From positions 1 through 64,000 of the forward strand of contig CAYOYV010000003.1 of the NCBI GenBank assembly GCA_964408285.1: a DNA stretch of 64,000 nucleotides, in the 5' to 3' direction. The DNA comes from an uncultured Nitrososphaerota archaeon. GTDB lineage: Archaea > Thermoproteota > EX4484-205 > JAAOZO01. The translations under genes and the position numbers were made by a program. The notes beneath the pieces are model-generated. The model was not told the origin of the DNA, did no database searches, and saw only the letters and a list, made by a program, of their open reading frames with translations. Shown here piece after piece: positions 49,202 to 58,300 of this stretch (the stretch's first letter is position 1; the number at the start of each line of letters is the position of its first letter).

Positions 49202-51010
49202 ATGGAAAGAAAGGGAAGCCTTGTGCTTGTAACGGCTCTTGTGTTTCTTCAGGTTCTTCTGAGCTATCACACGGCAAATGGCTCCCCTGAATTCGACGTG
49301 AAATACTACATTAAATCCGTCACGGATGGTACAATTGGTTCCAATGAGTATCCGGTCTCCTATCCCGCGGGGACAGGTTGCACTGTGTTCCTATCTGAAG
49401 ATGGGAAGTCTCTCAACATAGGAGCACAGTTCGTAGATACCACAGAGAACGGGCACAAGGACGCCGTGCTGATATTCCTCGACAAGGAGGGTCATAGATC
49501 AACGACGACTATGATAGATGATGTGAGGATAAACGTCACCAGAGGTGGACTTCTGGAATACAGCTGGGCACCGGCCGGAATGTGGCAGATCATTCAAGCG
49601 CCGACCAACCTTACTTGGGGAGTAACCTCTTCAGGTAGCCAATGGAGCGTGGAAGTGTCAATTCCATATGAGGAAATGGCCCTGACACCTGGTACACAGC
49701 ACACCGTCGGCTTCATGATAAGTGTGATAAACAATGGACTCATCTCACTAGCATATCCCCCAACAGGCAACTCAACGAACCCATCAACCTGGGAAAGACT
49801 GACCTCCTCTTCCATGTGGGGCATAGTGGATGTGGCTGCAAAGGCGATTGCGATAAAGCCATCACTTCCGAAAGTGGGTCAGCCTTGCACACTGATCGTT
49901 TTCTTCCAGAATGTGCAGACTACACCGATAGGGGGTATAAAGGTCGAGCTAAAGAAGGGCGATACCTCTCTTGGCACGGTCAGCTACCCTCGGACACTGA
50001 GGGCAGGAGAGATAGGGAATGTCAGCTTCCCTTGGACTGCCGAACGCGGATCTTGGAGGTTCAACACCTACGTGAGCATCGAGGGGAATCCCTTCGAAAA
50101 GGATCTAGAGAACAACGGAGCATCATCGGCCACGATCACTCCTGTTTTCATTACCCTCACTGTGAAAGGACCACTTGGAGCCCTTGTCAGTACATTGAAT
50201 GCGGATGGAAATGAAACGGTGCAAATGACCGGCGATCCGGCTCAATTCCAGAAAAGCTATGGTCCGATCATCGTGAGCATATCGAAAACGGTGGAAACTG
50301 GCGGAGTCAGGTGGCTTTTCAGCGAATGGAAGGACAAGGGAATCCAGAACAACGCATTGAAGCTCAATCTCACTGAAGAGACTACTGTCGAAGCGTTGTA
50401 CACGCCATACTACAGATGTGCCTTCTCTTTCATTGATAAGGCCAACAGAAGGGCAGACAACGTGACTTACAGAATCAGATTCCCGAATGCGACCGAACGA
50501 GATTTCGCTGCTCCAGGCTTGATCTACGTACCTCAAGGCACTTCGAAGATCCTCGCAGTATACGCTGGCGGCGTTAATGTCCTTGAGGAGGTTCAGACGG
50601 TATACGTAGAGACGCCCATAGATCAGACATACGTGATCAACCTTAGGGATGTGACCATTAAGGTAGCTGACATATTCGGATTCCCAGTTCAAGGAGCAAG
50701 TGTAAAAGTGCTCTTCCTGAACGGCACTGAGATCAATCTGGATCTTCCTCAGGATGGCATTATCGTGATGAAGAAGCTTCCCTATGGTCGCTTGAACGTA
50801 ACGGCCTCATACATGTCCGCAAAATCGCAGATTCAGGTCGACGCAACATCGAATCCTGCCAAGGTAGAGTGGAAGTTGGTGCTCTCCCTCTCACTGCCTG
50901 TGTTGGCCGTCATGATCGGTGTTACTTTCGTGTTACTCGTTGTCGTTTTCACCGTGTTGTTCTGGTCCAGATTGAGACCGAGAAAGAAGGAACAACCCAT
51001 CGCTCAATGA
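49202..51010 (+). CDS. Cell-surface protein: CBM9-like sugar-binding domain, CARDB and Ig-like domains, C-terminal TM anchor
   Basis: Signal peptide; DGTIGSNEY, DAVLIFLD, WSVEVSIPY; CARDB-like EKDLENN; TM followed by a basic tail (RLRPRKKE). Confidence 0.65.
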   Translation: MERKGSLVLVTALVFLQVLLSYHTANGSPEFDVKYYIKSVTDGTIGSNEYPVSYPAGTGCTVFLSEDGKSLNIGAQFVDTTENGHKDAVLIFLDKEGHRSTTTMIDDVRINVTRGGLLEYSWAPAGMWQIIQAPTNLTWGVTSSGSQWSVEVSIPYEEMALTPGTQHTVGFMISVINNGLISLAYPPTGNSTNPSTWERLTSSSMWGIVDVAAKAIAIKPSLPKVGQPCTLIVFFQNVQTTPIGGIKVELKKGDTSLGTVSYPRTLRAGEIGNVSFPWTAERGSWRFNTYVSIEGNPFEKDLENNGASSATITPVFITLTVKGPLGALVSTLNADGNETVQMTGDPAQFQKSYGPIIVSISKTVETGGVRWLFSEWKDKGIQNNALKLNLTEETTVEALYTPYYRCAFSFIDKANRRADNVTYRIRFPNATERDFAAPGLIYVPQGTSKILAVYAGGVNVLEEVQTVYVETPIDQTYVINLRDVTIKVADIFGFPVQGASVKVLFLNGTEINLDLPQDGIIVMKKLPYGRLNVTASYMSAKSQIQVDATSNPAKVEWKLVLSLSLPVLAVMIGVTFVLLVVVFTVLFWSRLRPRKKEQPIAQ

Positions 51011-51279
51011 CCCAAATCGTCGTAGCTACTGAGAAGTACGCATTTAACCACATGTCAGCCATTATGGCAGCCAAACTTCTGTCGATGAAAACCGGAATAC
51101 CGATGGTGGTAAGAAACTCAGACTACCTTCTGAGGTTGGGTCTCAAGCCGTATGTGCCCGCTTTTTTGGTGGAAAGCGATGCGGGTTCTGCCATCATGCT
51201 CAAATCAGGCTGCAGCTCTCGTCATTGGGAAGTTATGAGACAGCTTGAGAACGCGCTTCGGGACCTCAGAATCACTTAG
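51007..51279 (+). CDS. Small hypothetical protein, possibly thioredoxin-like fold without CxxC
   Basis: ATGA overlap with the upstream gene; VPAFLV resembles the cis-Pro strand. Confidence 0.45.
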   Translation: MTQIVVATEKYAFNHMSAIMAAKLLSMKTGIPMVVRNSDYLLRLGLKPYVPAFLVESDAGSAIMLKSGCSSRHWEVMRQLENALRDLRIT

Positions 51280-51739
51280 GCAGAAGCACAACTGCAGAGA
51301 GGGCGGCCCCGTGCCTTCTACGTATATCTAGGGTCGATATCTCAAAGGAGGTTTCTTCGATCTTCATCCCTCTCGCATCCGCCATCTCCAGAAGGGAGGA
51401 CCGTAGTCTTTCCCTTATCTGATCCGCAGTCCCTCTTCCTTCAGTCTCGACTATCATGTTATGCGAACCTTTTCTAGTTTTTGCTATGCCGATGCCGGCT
51501 GAGATCTTTTCCCCCGATTGTCCGATCGCCTTCGAGAGCACTACGAACGTGATCGCACCTGGTTTCACTTCTTGAAACGATGTTCTTTTGGCCTTTTTCG
51601 GTAGGATGGAGGAAACACTTACTAGGTTACATTGTGCGATTCCTGCGTTCATCAGAGCCCTGTCAAATGCATTTAGTTGGGAGGTATCGCTCTCTCCCAC
51701 TCCTTTGGTCACGAAATATTTCTTTGGTACTTCGTTCAT
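51272..51739 (-). CDS. pdaD: Pyruvoyl-dependent arginine decarboxylase
   Basis: VPKKYFVTKGVG, LNAFDRAL..AGI..CNLV.VSSILP (Ser-Ser cleavage site). Confidence 0.9.
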   Translation of the reverse strand: MNEVPKKYFVTKGVGESDTSQLNAFDRALMNAGIAQCNLVSVSSILPKKAKRTSFQEVKPGAITFVVLSKAIGQSGEKISAGIGIAKTRKGSHNMIVETEGRGTADQIRERLRSSLLEMADARGMKIEETSFEISTLDIRRRHGAALSAVVLLPK

Positions 51740-51778
51740 CGAATTTCTCACCGAACTCCGCGCATATTCCTGTAATTA

Positions 51779-52120
51779 CTATTGTGTGCTCTGCTTTAAT
51801 GTTTTTCTTATATCACTAATGAGACTTTCGACTTTTTCAGCCAAATCATCTAGCTCTATGTCTTGCACTCGGCTCATTGCATTGTGTTTTCGAACAAGCT
51901 CATCGGTTTCTGCTATGACCAAGTCCATGTGCCCAAGGAATTTGACAATCTGATCCTGGACATCCATGCGCAGCCCTGAATCTTGTGGGAGATGCCTCTG
52001 TGTCGAGTTGATAGGCAAAGCTCTTGCCTTTGGGGTAATTTGATCAAGGCCATACGAACCTCCTCTTCTCAGGAGCTCGAGGGCTTCCTCACACAGCCTT
52101 AGAGCCTCATCATATGCCAT
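51779..52120 (-). CDS. Hypothetical helical protein
   Basis: Co-directional and overlapping with the upstream endonuclease IV gene; no recognisable family. Confidence 0.55.
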   Translation of the reverse strand: MAYDEALRLCEEALELLRRGGSYGLDQITPKARALPINSTQRHLPQDSGLRMDVQDQIVKFLGHMDLVIAETDELVRKHNAMSRVQDIELDDLAEKVESLISDIRKTLKQSTQ

Positions 52121-52994
52121 GGGACATTCGGCTTCCTGTTGGCATGCTAGCTATCTTGCGCTCTAATATCCTTTTCATCTCAATGGAGTCGAGTTCAAGT
52201 AGCGGAGATTCGCTGATGATGACGAATCTATATCCATTCTCCGCTATCACCCCTGCGAGCCAGTCAAAGCGAGGCCCGAAATCGCTGCCAAGCCTGTGGT
52301 GCCTTCTCTCACCTATCCCAGATTTGGTCGGCTCGACCTCTGAGAAGTGTATCGGAAGCCCGTTCATTCTGGCTGCCCCTAACTCATTCTCAATGAGCGA
52401 CAATATTCTCTGATAATCCCTTGCGCTGGTTATCCTAGAATCAGGGCTTCTGACGTGCATGTGCCCGAAATCTATAGTCGGTCGGACTCCTGGAATTTCC
52501 TTTGCTATCCGAAGGACTTCCAAGAGGGATCCAAACTGGCTTTCCTTTCCTGTGGTTTCAGGTCCGATCTCGACTCGTATTCCTAATCTCTCCATACTTT
52601 TCTCTACATCTGATATGGCCTCCAGCTGCATTGCATAGACCTCGTCCATGCTTCTGTTTCCGTAGTATCCAGGGTGAAAAGTAACATGAATCGCACCCAT
52701 TCTCTGAGCAGCTATTGCGGATTTCAGGAGCCTCTTCTTGGATGCAGTTATCTTCTTCCGGTCTTCCGAGGAGAAATTGATTGCATAGGGGGCATGGAGA
52801 CTAAGAACAATCCCATTCTCCAATGCTGCAGCTCCAAGTCTGCGGGCAGATTTCGCGCCAATGCCAACCTTCCGGACCGCTTGATATTCCATTGCCTGCA
52901 AACCCAAAGAGGCGAGATAGCTCATGGAATCAGGCCCAGAAGGTCCTCTCAAGGGAAATCCAGCCGGACCGAATATCGTCACATCCAATGGCAT
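52110..52994 (-). CDS. nfo: Archaeal endonuclease IV-like AP endonuclease
   Basis: FGPAG, LSLHAPYAIN, FHPGYY, PETTGK..QFG, IDFGH.H, HFS, ERRH. Confidence 0.85.
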   Translation of the reverse strand: MPLDVTIFGPAGFPLRGPSGPDSMSYLASLGLQAMEYQAVRKVGIGAKSARRLGAAALENGIVLSLHAPYAINFSSEDRKKITASKKRLLKSAIAAQRMGAIHVTFHPGYYGNRSMDEVYAMQLEAISDVEKSMERLGIRVEIGPETTGKESQFGSLLEVLRIAKEIPGVRPTIDFGHMHVRSPDSRITSARDYQRILSLIENELGAARMNGLPIHFSEVEPTKSGIGERRHHRLGSDFGPRFDWLAGVIAENGYRFVIISESPLLELDSIEMKRILERKIASMPTGSRMSHGI

Positions 52995-53018
52995 AGAATC
53001 CGAAGTTGCTCCCGTGAT

Positions 53019-54635
53019 TTAATGATTAGCTTTCCTTTCCTTCACTTGCCCGAGCTTTCGGAAAACGACATCCTTATCCAGGGTAGCCAAGAAATTTCCG
53101 AGTCTTGGGCCAGATTCACTTCCCAGGAATAACCTATATCCGACTTTGAAGAACTCGCTTGGCGCGATCCCGTACTCCTTTGCGACTTTATATAGAAGGG
53201 CCTGCAAACGTTCACCTTCCGGTTCTTCCCTGCTGTACTCGTCGCGTAGCTTGGCGAAAGCCTTGACGACCTGTGGGCTTTCTTCAAGGATCTCTCCGTC
53301 TTCGATGGGCTTTGTCCTCCTCTCTGGAAACATTCTCACCCAATTGGAAGCCAGCACTAGTCTCTTGATTGCAGAGGCCTTTTCCTGATCGGTTAGGCTG
53401 GGTGAAACAAGGCCGCCCATAACGAGTCTCTCTAGAGCGACACGCGGTTGATAGAATTGGACCATGGAAGCAGCCAGTTGGTAAGGTATCCTGATTGGAG
53501 GTTTCTCAGCCTCCAGATTCCCGCAGTATGAGTAATATATCTTCGCTTCATCTGCCCTTTCCCCCTTTTCTTCGAAGGCCAGCCGCTCGATTTCATCGAA
53601 TTCGAGGACAAGCCTATCTACATTCTTTACCGCTATGTCGCGCTGAACAAGTGGTTTCTTGACGTACATGTATCGAACCACTTCTGGCTCAACGAGCTTC
53701 AACATATCCGAGATTGTGTAGACGTTGCCCAACCTGCTCGCCATCTTTTCCCCATCCACCAAGAAGAATTCGTATACCAATGGAACGGGAGGCTCGAAGC
53801 CATAGATCTCTTTCGCCAGCACGCGCCCAGATTTCCAAGAGCCCTCATAATGATCCTTCCCAAATGGCTCAGCATCGGTGAGAAAGATCTTCCAATCAGC
53901 AACCCATTCGAACCTCCATGGCAATTTCGCATTTCTCATATCCCCATGTGCCCTGTAACCACATCCCTTCACCTCATACTTTCCATGCAGGGTTCTGGTT
54001 ACGCATTCATATTCAACCTGTCTGGATTCAAGATCGATGGATAATACCTTAGCATTCAACTTGCCGCAATTCGCGCACACAGGAGTGAGCGGGACCCAAT
54101 CAGCTGGAATGCGCGTCTGAAACTTCCTCAAGACTTCCCTAATCTGCTTGACCTTTGACATGGTCTCAAACATGAAGTCATAGTATAGGCCCTCTCGGTA
54201 CATCCTGCTAACATGGAATAGCTCCGGACGCACCTCCAATGCATAGAGGTCCGCCATCATGAGCGAAGTGAAGTGCTCTGAGTATGAGATGTGGCAATCG
54301 AATGGGTCATGAACGGATGAAACTGGCTTTCCCAATTCAGATCTCAGGCTTCTCTTTGCTTCTTCTCCCAATTCCTGCCAATCGCCTGCACAGTTGGGTA
54401 TCCTCGCAGGTATTGATCTGAGTGGGTCCATGTCATCGGTCGTCAGAACGAATCTGCTCTTTCTATTCAGCGCATCAATGCTCATTCTTATGAAGTGAGC
54501 TCTGACTTGGTCATTCATGTTTCCTATGTGTTTTGGACCGGATGGAGAAGCTCCGGCCCTCACGGTCACCAACGCATGACTGGTCTTCTCTGCCTGGGCA
54601 ATAGCTTCTCTTGCAACCTTTTTGGCCCAGAACAT
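53019..54635 (-). CDS. lysS: Lysine--tRNA ligase, class I
   Basis: MFWA start with AGGAG directly upstream, SPSGPKHIGN, DDMDPLR, KLPWR.EW, EPFGKDH, KMASRLGN, GPRLG. The ORF-track extension overlaps the tRNA and was discarded. Confidence 0.95.
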   Translation of the reverse strand: MFWAKKVAREAIAQAEKTSHALVTVRAGASPSGPKHIGNMNDQVRAHFIRMSIDALNRKSRFVLTTDDMDPLRSIPARIPNCAGDWQELGEEAKRSLRSELGKPVSSVHDPFDCHISYSEHFTSLMMADLYALEVRPELFHVSRMYREGLYYDFMFETMSKVKQIREVLRKFQTRIPADWVPLTPVCANCGKLNAKVLSIDLESRQVEYECVTRTLHGKYEVKGCGYRAHGDMRNAKLPWRFEWVADWKIFLTDAEPFGKDHYEGSWKSGRVLAKEIYGFEPPVPLVYEFFLVDGEKMASRLGNVYTISDMLKLVEPEVVRYMYVKKPLVQRDIAVKNVDRLVLEFDEIERLAFEEKGERADEAKIYYSYCGNLEAEKPPIRIPYQLAASMVQFYQPRVALERLVMGGLVSPSLTDQEKASAIKRLVLASNWVRMFPERRTKPIEDGEILEESPQVVKAFAKLRDEYSREEPEGERLQALLYKVAKEYGIAPSEFFKVGYRLFLGSESGPRLGNFLATLDKDVVFRKLGQVKERKANH

Positions 54636-54677
54636 CTCCTGTTTGCTTGGCAAACTGGTTGGTCGGGTCAGTCCGAA

Positions 54678-54686
54678 TATTTTAAT
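54678..54686. promoter_or_regulatory. TATA-like element between divergent lysS and tRNA-Arg
   Basis: TATTTTAAT ~23-31 nt upstream of the tRNA; reads ATTAAAATA toward lysS. Confidence 0.5.
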
Positions 54687-54708
54687 CTGTGGCAAATCCA
54701 CGATCTGT

Positions 54709-54797
54709 GGGCCCGTGGCCAAGTCCGGATCAAGGCATCGGCCTTCGGTCCTTTGGAAGAAAGCCGATGATCGGGGGTTCAAATCCCTTCGGGCCCG
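54709..54797 (+). tRNA. tRNA-Arg(UCG) with a 13-nt intron at 37/38 (54749-54761)
   Basis: Acceptor GGGCCCG/CGGGCCC; D-arm GCC..GGA..GGC with A20; anticodon stem TCGGC/GCCGA with CT-TCG-G^A; T-arm GGGGG-TTCAAAT-CCCTT; BHB helix CTTC/GAAG with 3-nt bulges; discriminator G; no CCA. Confidence 0.93.
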
Positions 54798-55044
54798 TGT
54801 TCTGTCACCAAATGGAAATGTACCGCGATTTCCGTGAATCCTTCATGAAGCATTTGGAGCCTCATCGGAATTAGAGGTTCTGATTCTGGACGTTCAGATT
54901 CATGGATGGCTCCCGTTGGAAGCCTGCATTCGATTCTATCTGCGTTCTAGAAAACCCTGAACCATTGGGGACGAAAGAAAGAAGGCGCGGCCCTTCGAAT
55001 CGTCCTTGATGGCATGAGCTTCATTGATTCCCCTAGGAGAGAAC

Positions 55045-56118
55045 CTACATTCTCCTGGGCTTCCTGTCTGCTGGGCTTGGAAGCTCTGCAAATCGCTTGT
55101 GAGGCTCGTTCTGATACCAGTATGCGACGCTTGAGTAGTCATTACCTTGGTCATTCGCATGGCCGTGCTCTATGGTGACTCTGATAGATTTCGTGAATCT
55201 GGCTGGATCTTCGAGATGGAACCTGTACACACTCCATTTGCCTGACCATTCCTTAGTGTCGCCTGCCAAGGATACACCGTGATAAGGTCCAGAGTATTCC
55301 CCGCATGGAAATCCCCATGCAGCAAGGAAATAGTCCTCGGTGCCTGTTCCATGTATGCTGGGGGGCCATCTCTCACCATCGATGAATATCATGTCGTCGC
55401 CTTCTCCGAACCAAGTATAGTTTTGATGGAAGGCATTGAAATTATCAACATTTAGGACACATCCGACATAGTGGCCGGTTCCTTCAGCATCAAGTATGAG
55501 GTAGTTCTCTTCTCCGGTTGTGTTCAGCTCCTCTCCCTCGTATTTGGCTGCGGCACAAGGATTCTCTCTATTCCACCAAGCATGGAAAAAGCCGTAGTCC
55601 GCAGGTAGGGAATCAGTCTCCTCGTAGTCGACATGATAGTAGAAACTTCTGATTTCAATGTCACTCTGGTTCTCTATCTCGATTCTAGCTCCTCTACTGA
55701 AAGGCATCGGGAAGTAGCAATTCATGGCAGCGTTCGCCCCCGTTCCCGGCCCTCTTATCATACTAAGTGGCAGAGATACATAGTGATTGGTCACACCATG
55801 CCCTACTCCAAAGAAGTCTCCCAAGGGAGTTTCAACGCTTGGATTGGCTTCTTCGTCCCAGTACATTCTCAAGACTGTATCCCTGAGATAGTGCTTGTTG
55901 CTTGAGCTTACAGTGAACCAGATGTGTCTAACGATCCCTGGGCCCTTGATATTCGCGATGTTGACCTTCCCAAAGGGCTTGATCGCAATGCAGTCCCTGT
56001 TGCCGCCCGTCCTGTCGTAGGACGATATCCTCTTGGATTTTCGATTGCTTATTTTCGGAAGATTCGAAAGTGGCCCGCTGACCGAATCAAAGTCTGACAT
56101 ACAGTGAAGTGCGGCCAT
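55045..56118 (-). CDS. DUF2961 / glycoside hydrolase family 172
   Basis: SSYDRTGGNRD, GPGIVRHIW, PSVETPLGDFF, NCYFPMPF, WFGEGDD, GTGTEDYF, SSVAYWYQ. Confidence 0.9.
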   Translation of the reverse strand: MAALHCMSDFDSVSGPLSNLPKISNRKSKRISSYDRTGGNRDCIAIKPFGKVNIANIKGPGIVRHIWFTVSSSNKHYLRDTVLRMYWDEEANPSVETPLGDFFGVGHGVTNHYVSLPLSMIRGPGTGANAAMNCYFPMPFSRGARIEIENQSDIEIRSFYYHVDYEETDSLPADYGFFHAWWNRENPCAAAKYEGEELNTTGEENYLILDAEGTGHYVGCVLNVDNFNAFHQNYTWFGEGDDMIFIDGERWPPSIHGTGTEDYFLAAWGFPCGEYSGPYHGVSLAGDTKEWSGKWSVYRFHLEDPARFTKSIRVTIEHGHANDQGNDYSSVAYWYQNEPHKRFAELPSPADRKPRRM

Positions 56119-56211
56119 ATTTCTTTTAAGTCTTTAATCGATTCTGAACGAATGCCCAAGATCATAAATCCAGAGAGGCGGGAGGAACGTGGACAGCACA
56201 ACAAGCAATCC

Positions 56212-57138
56212 TTATTTGCCCTGTGCTCTTCCGGAGTTCTCCTGAGTAGTTGTTCTCAGTATTAGCCAACATCCGGACAGCGCCACCAACGAGAAGAACA
56301 GCTTCATTGGGGGCATCGGTTCTCCGAAAATGGCAAGAGAAAGGATTCCCGTGAAAACGGGAACCAGAAGTTGGAGATTCGTCGAGAGAGAAGCACCCAG
56401 CCGTTGAATGGCATAGTTGTTCAAGAGGTTGCCAATACCAACGGAAAGAATTCCGGAGACTATGAGATAGAAAATGACCATCCAACTCACGTCAGTTATC
56501 TGGTAGATGCCATTAGAGATCACGGACAATGGGAGGTACATGAGGCCAGAGATGACAAAGACATTTGTTGTTGCGGAAAGAGGGTCAACTTTCTCCAGTA
56601 GGATCTTCGTTGACACAATATACCCTGCCCAGAGAACCGAGGTGACGATCAAGCTGAATCCGCCCAGCAGAAGCATGTTGCCAGAGCCACCAACAGGGAA
56701 AAGGCTCGATGAACTCAGAATGACTCCGGAAGTACCGATCAGTGCTATTGCGCTTCCGATCAGGAAGTTTCTGTCCCTAAGGACTGCCTTCTCGTCCGGA
56801 AAAATGAAAAAGGAGAAAATGTCCACGAAGATCACGCTCAATCTTGTGACTAGAGTGGCAATGGTTGGCGTGGTCAGAGCGATTCCGAATACGTTAAAGA
56901 TCTGGAACAGGAATACGATAATCGTCGGGACCAAGAGCTTCCTAAGACTCTTGAATGAGAAGAGGTACTTCTCTCTATTGAATATCAACGATATGATAAG
57001 GAGGACCAGACCAGCAGAGGTGAACCTAAAGAAGTTCTGCGTATAGTTATCGAGGAACAGATTGAGATATGCGATGAAGATATACCCCAAGGCCCAGAGT
57101 AGAATCGTCAGCAATTCGGCAAGTAAGGCTAGATTCAT
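56212..57138 (-). CDS. DMT/EamA family transporter
   Basis: ~10 TMs, LWA motifs in both halves, IFGE. Confidence 0.88.
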   Translation of the reverse strand: MNLALLAELLTILLWALGYIFIAYLNLFLDNYTQNFFRFTSAGLVLLIISLIFNREKYLFSFKSLRKLLVPTIIVFLFQIFNVFGIALTTPTIATLVTRLSVIFVDIFSFFIFPDEKAVLRDRNFLIGSAIALIGTSGVILSSSSLFPVGGSGNMLLLGGFSLIVTSVLWAGYIVSTKILLEKVDPLSATTNVFVISGLMYLPLSVISNGIYQITDVSWMVIFYLIVSGILSVGIGNLLNNYAIQRLGASLSTNLQLLVPVFTGILSLAIFGEPMPPMKLFFSLVALSGCWLILRTTTQENSGRAQGK

Positions 57139-57285
57139 TGAGGACGCCCGAGGCTAGCCCCTTATCAACTTTGGCCCTCACTGATGAGACCAGCACTAGT
57201 CACATAAGATATGTTGAACGCACTTCTCAGAACTATCGAAAAGCGCGTGATGGAATTGCCTGGACGCAGGTGATTTGGGAAGCCT

Positions 57286-58212
57286 CTATTGTGCGGTGGA
57301 AGTTGCTATAGAGACATTCGCCAATATCGTCTTCGCGATTTCCAAAGGCGTACGTCTCAATCCACAGTCTGGATGCACATATGAGATCAATTCCTGTCCG
57401 AAAGAGGTCTTGACTGCCTCAATTGTCAAGGCTATTTCATTGGCCTTGTCCGTGTCTCCGATTTCTGCGACATCGACCCGAGCACATCCTGCAGCAATAT
57501 TCTTCCTCGACGACAGCAATTGCTGTCTAGTAATCACTTTGACATTTTCTGGCTGAGAAGCAAAGGCAAGACTGAGTGTATCGACATTTTCCAGAGACAG
57601 AAGGGCTCTGCTGAGATTCGGCGTAATCCTACCACATACATGAACAATCGTCTTCGGTTGTTTCAATTCGCCCGTTATTACTTGGAGGTACTTGGTTGAT
57701 GAAGCGGGTTCCATGAAGCCGGCGGAAAGACCCGGCTCATCTATCTGAGTAATGGCGCCAAGTTTCTGAACTCTCTGTACTATCGGAAGCAGCGCTGAAG
57801 ATGTATCTTGGTATAATCTGGGATCTCTTATGCTGGAATAGGGACCTAGATTGCCCAATGCGCAAGTGAAACCGAGTGTAATGGGGCCGGTTAGTGCTAC
57901 CTTTGCTGTTCCCTCGATTCCCCTTAGGTGAATGCATCGCTCCAAATATTTCAGGTCGACTATCTTCGAAAAGGCATCAATATCTTGAGGGGAGCGAACC
58001 CTGCCAGTGATGGAAGGTCTGCCTCTGAGAACTCCGAGGCCTTCAATTCCTGAAAGGAAATAACCTATCATGTCATTTCTTGGCTCTCCATCCGTAAACA
58101 CATCGAATCTAAGGTCACGCTGCAGATCACAGAAGAGTTCGATCGATCTTTGGACGGATGTGTCTTCCATGACCGGAAAGCTTCCAACGGAAGTCAAAAG
58201 GGGACGTGTCAT
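57286..58212 (-). CDS. Core (single-domain) MetE-like methionine synthase, MesA-like
   Basis: TSVGSFP, TDGEPR.DM..YF, TGPITL, QIDEP, VHVCG, HPDCGLR. Start 58212 avoids overlap with the MFS gene. Confidence 0.82.
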   Translation of the reverse strand: MTRPLLTSVGSFPVMEDTSVQRSIELFCDLQRDLRFDVFTDGEPRNDMIGYFLSGIEGLGVLRGRPSITGRVRSPQDIDAFSKIVDLKYLERCIHLRGIEGTAKVALTGPITLGFTCALGNLGPYSSIRDPRLYQDTSSALLPIVQRVQKLGAITQIDEPGLSAGFMEPASSTKYLQVITGELKQPKTIVHVCGRITPNLSRALLSLENVDTLSLAFASQPENVKVITRQQLLSSRKNIAAGCARVDVAEIGDTDKANEIALTIEAVKTSFGQELISYVHPDCGLRRTPLEIAKTILANVSIATSTAQ

Positions 58213-58300
58213 ATCCCTACTCACCGCGAACATAGTCCGATTTCCTGTGAAGGTTTTATGTCTTGCTTGAGAGTGGCTTGCCCTCCCACGATACGCTTCA

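Noticed and set aside
54636-54782. N-terminal extension of lysS
   Set aside because: Runs antisense through tRNA-Arg; the family-typical start is MFWA at 54635.
54797-57200. Possible island integrated at tRNA-Arg
   Set aside because: No duplicated tRNA 3' end or integrase seen in the window.
57181-57245. CTGATGAG...CGAAA hammerhead-like core or C/D box sRNA
   Set aside because: Stem II does not pair, there is no NUH next to a plausible stem I, and no clean D/D' boxes.
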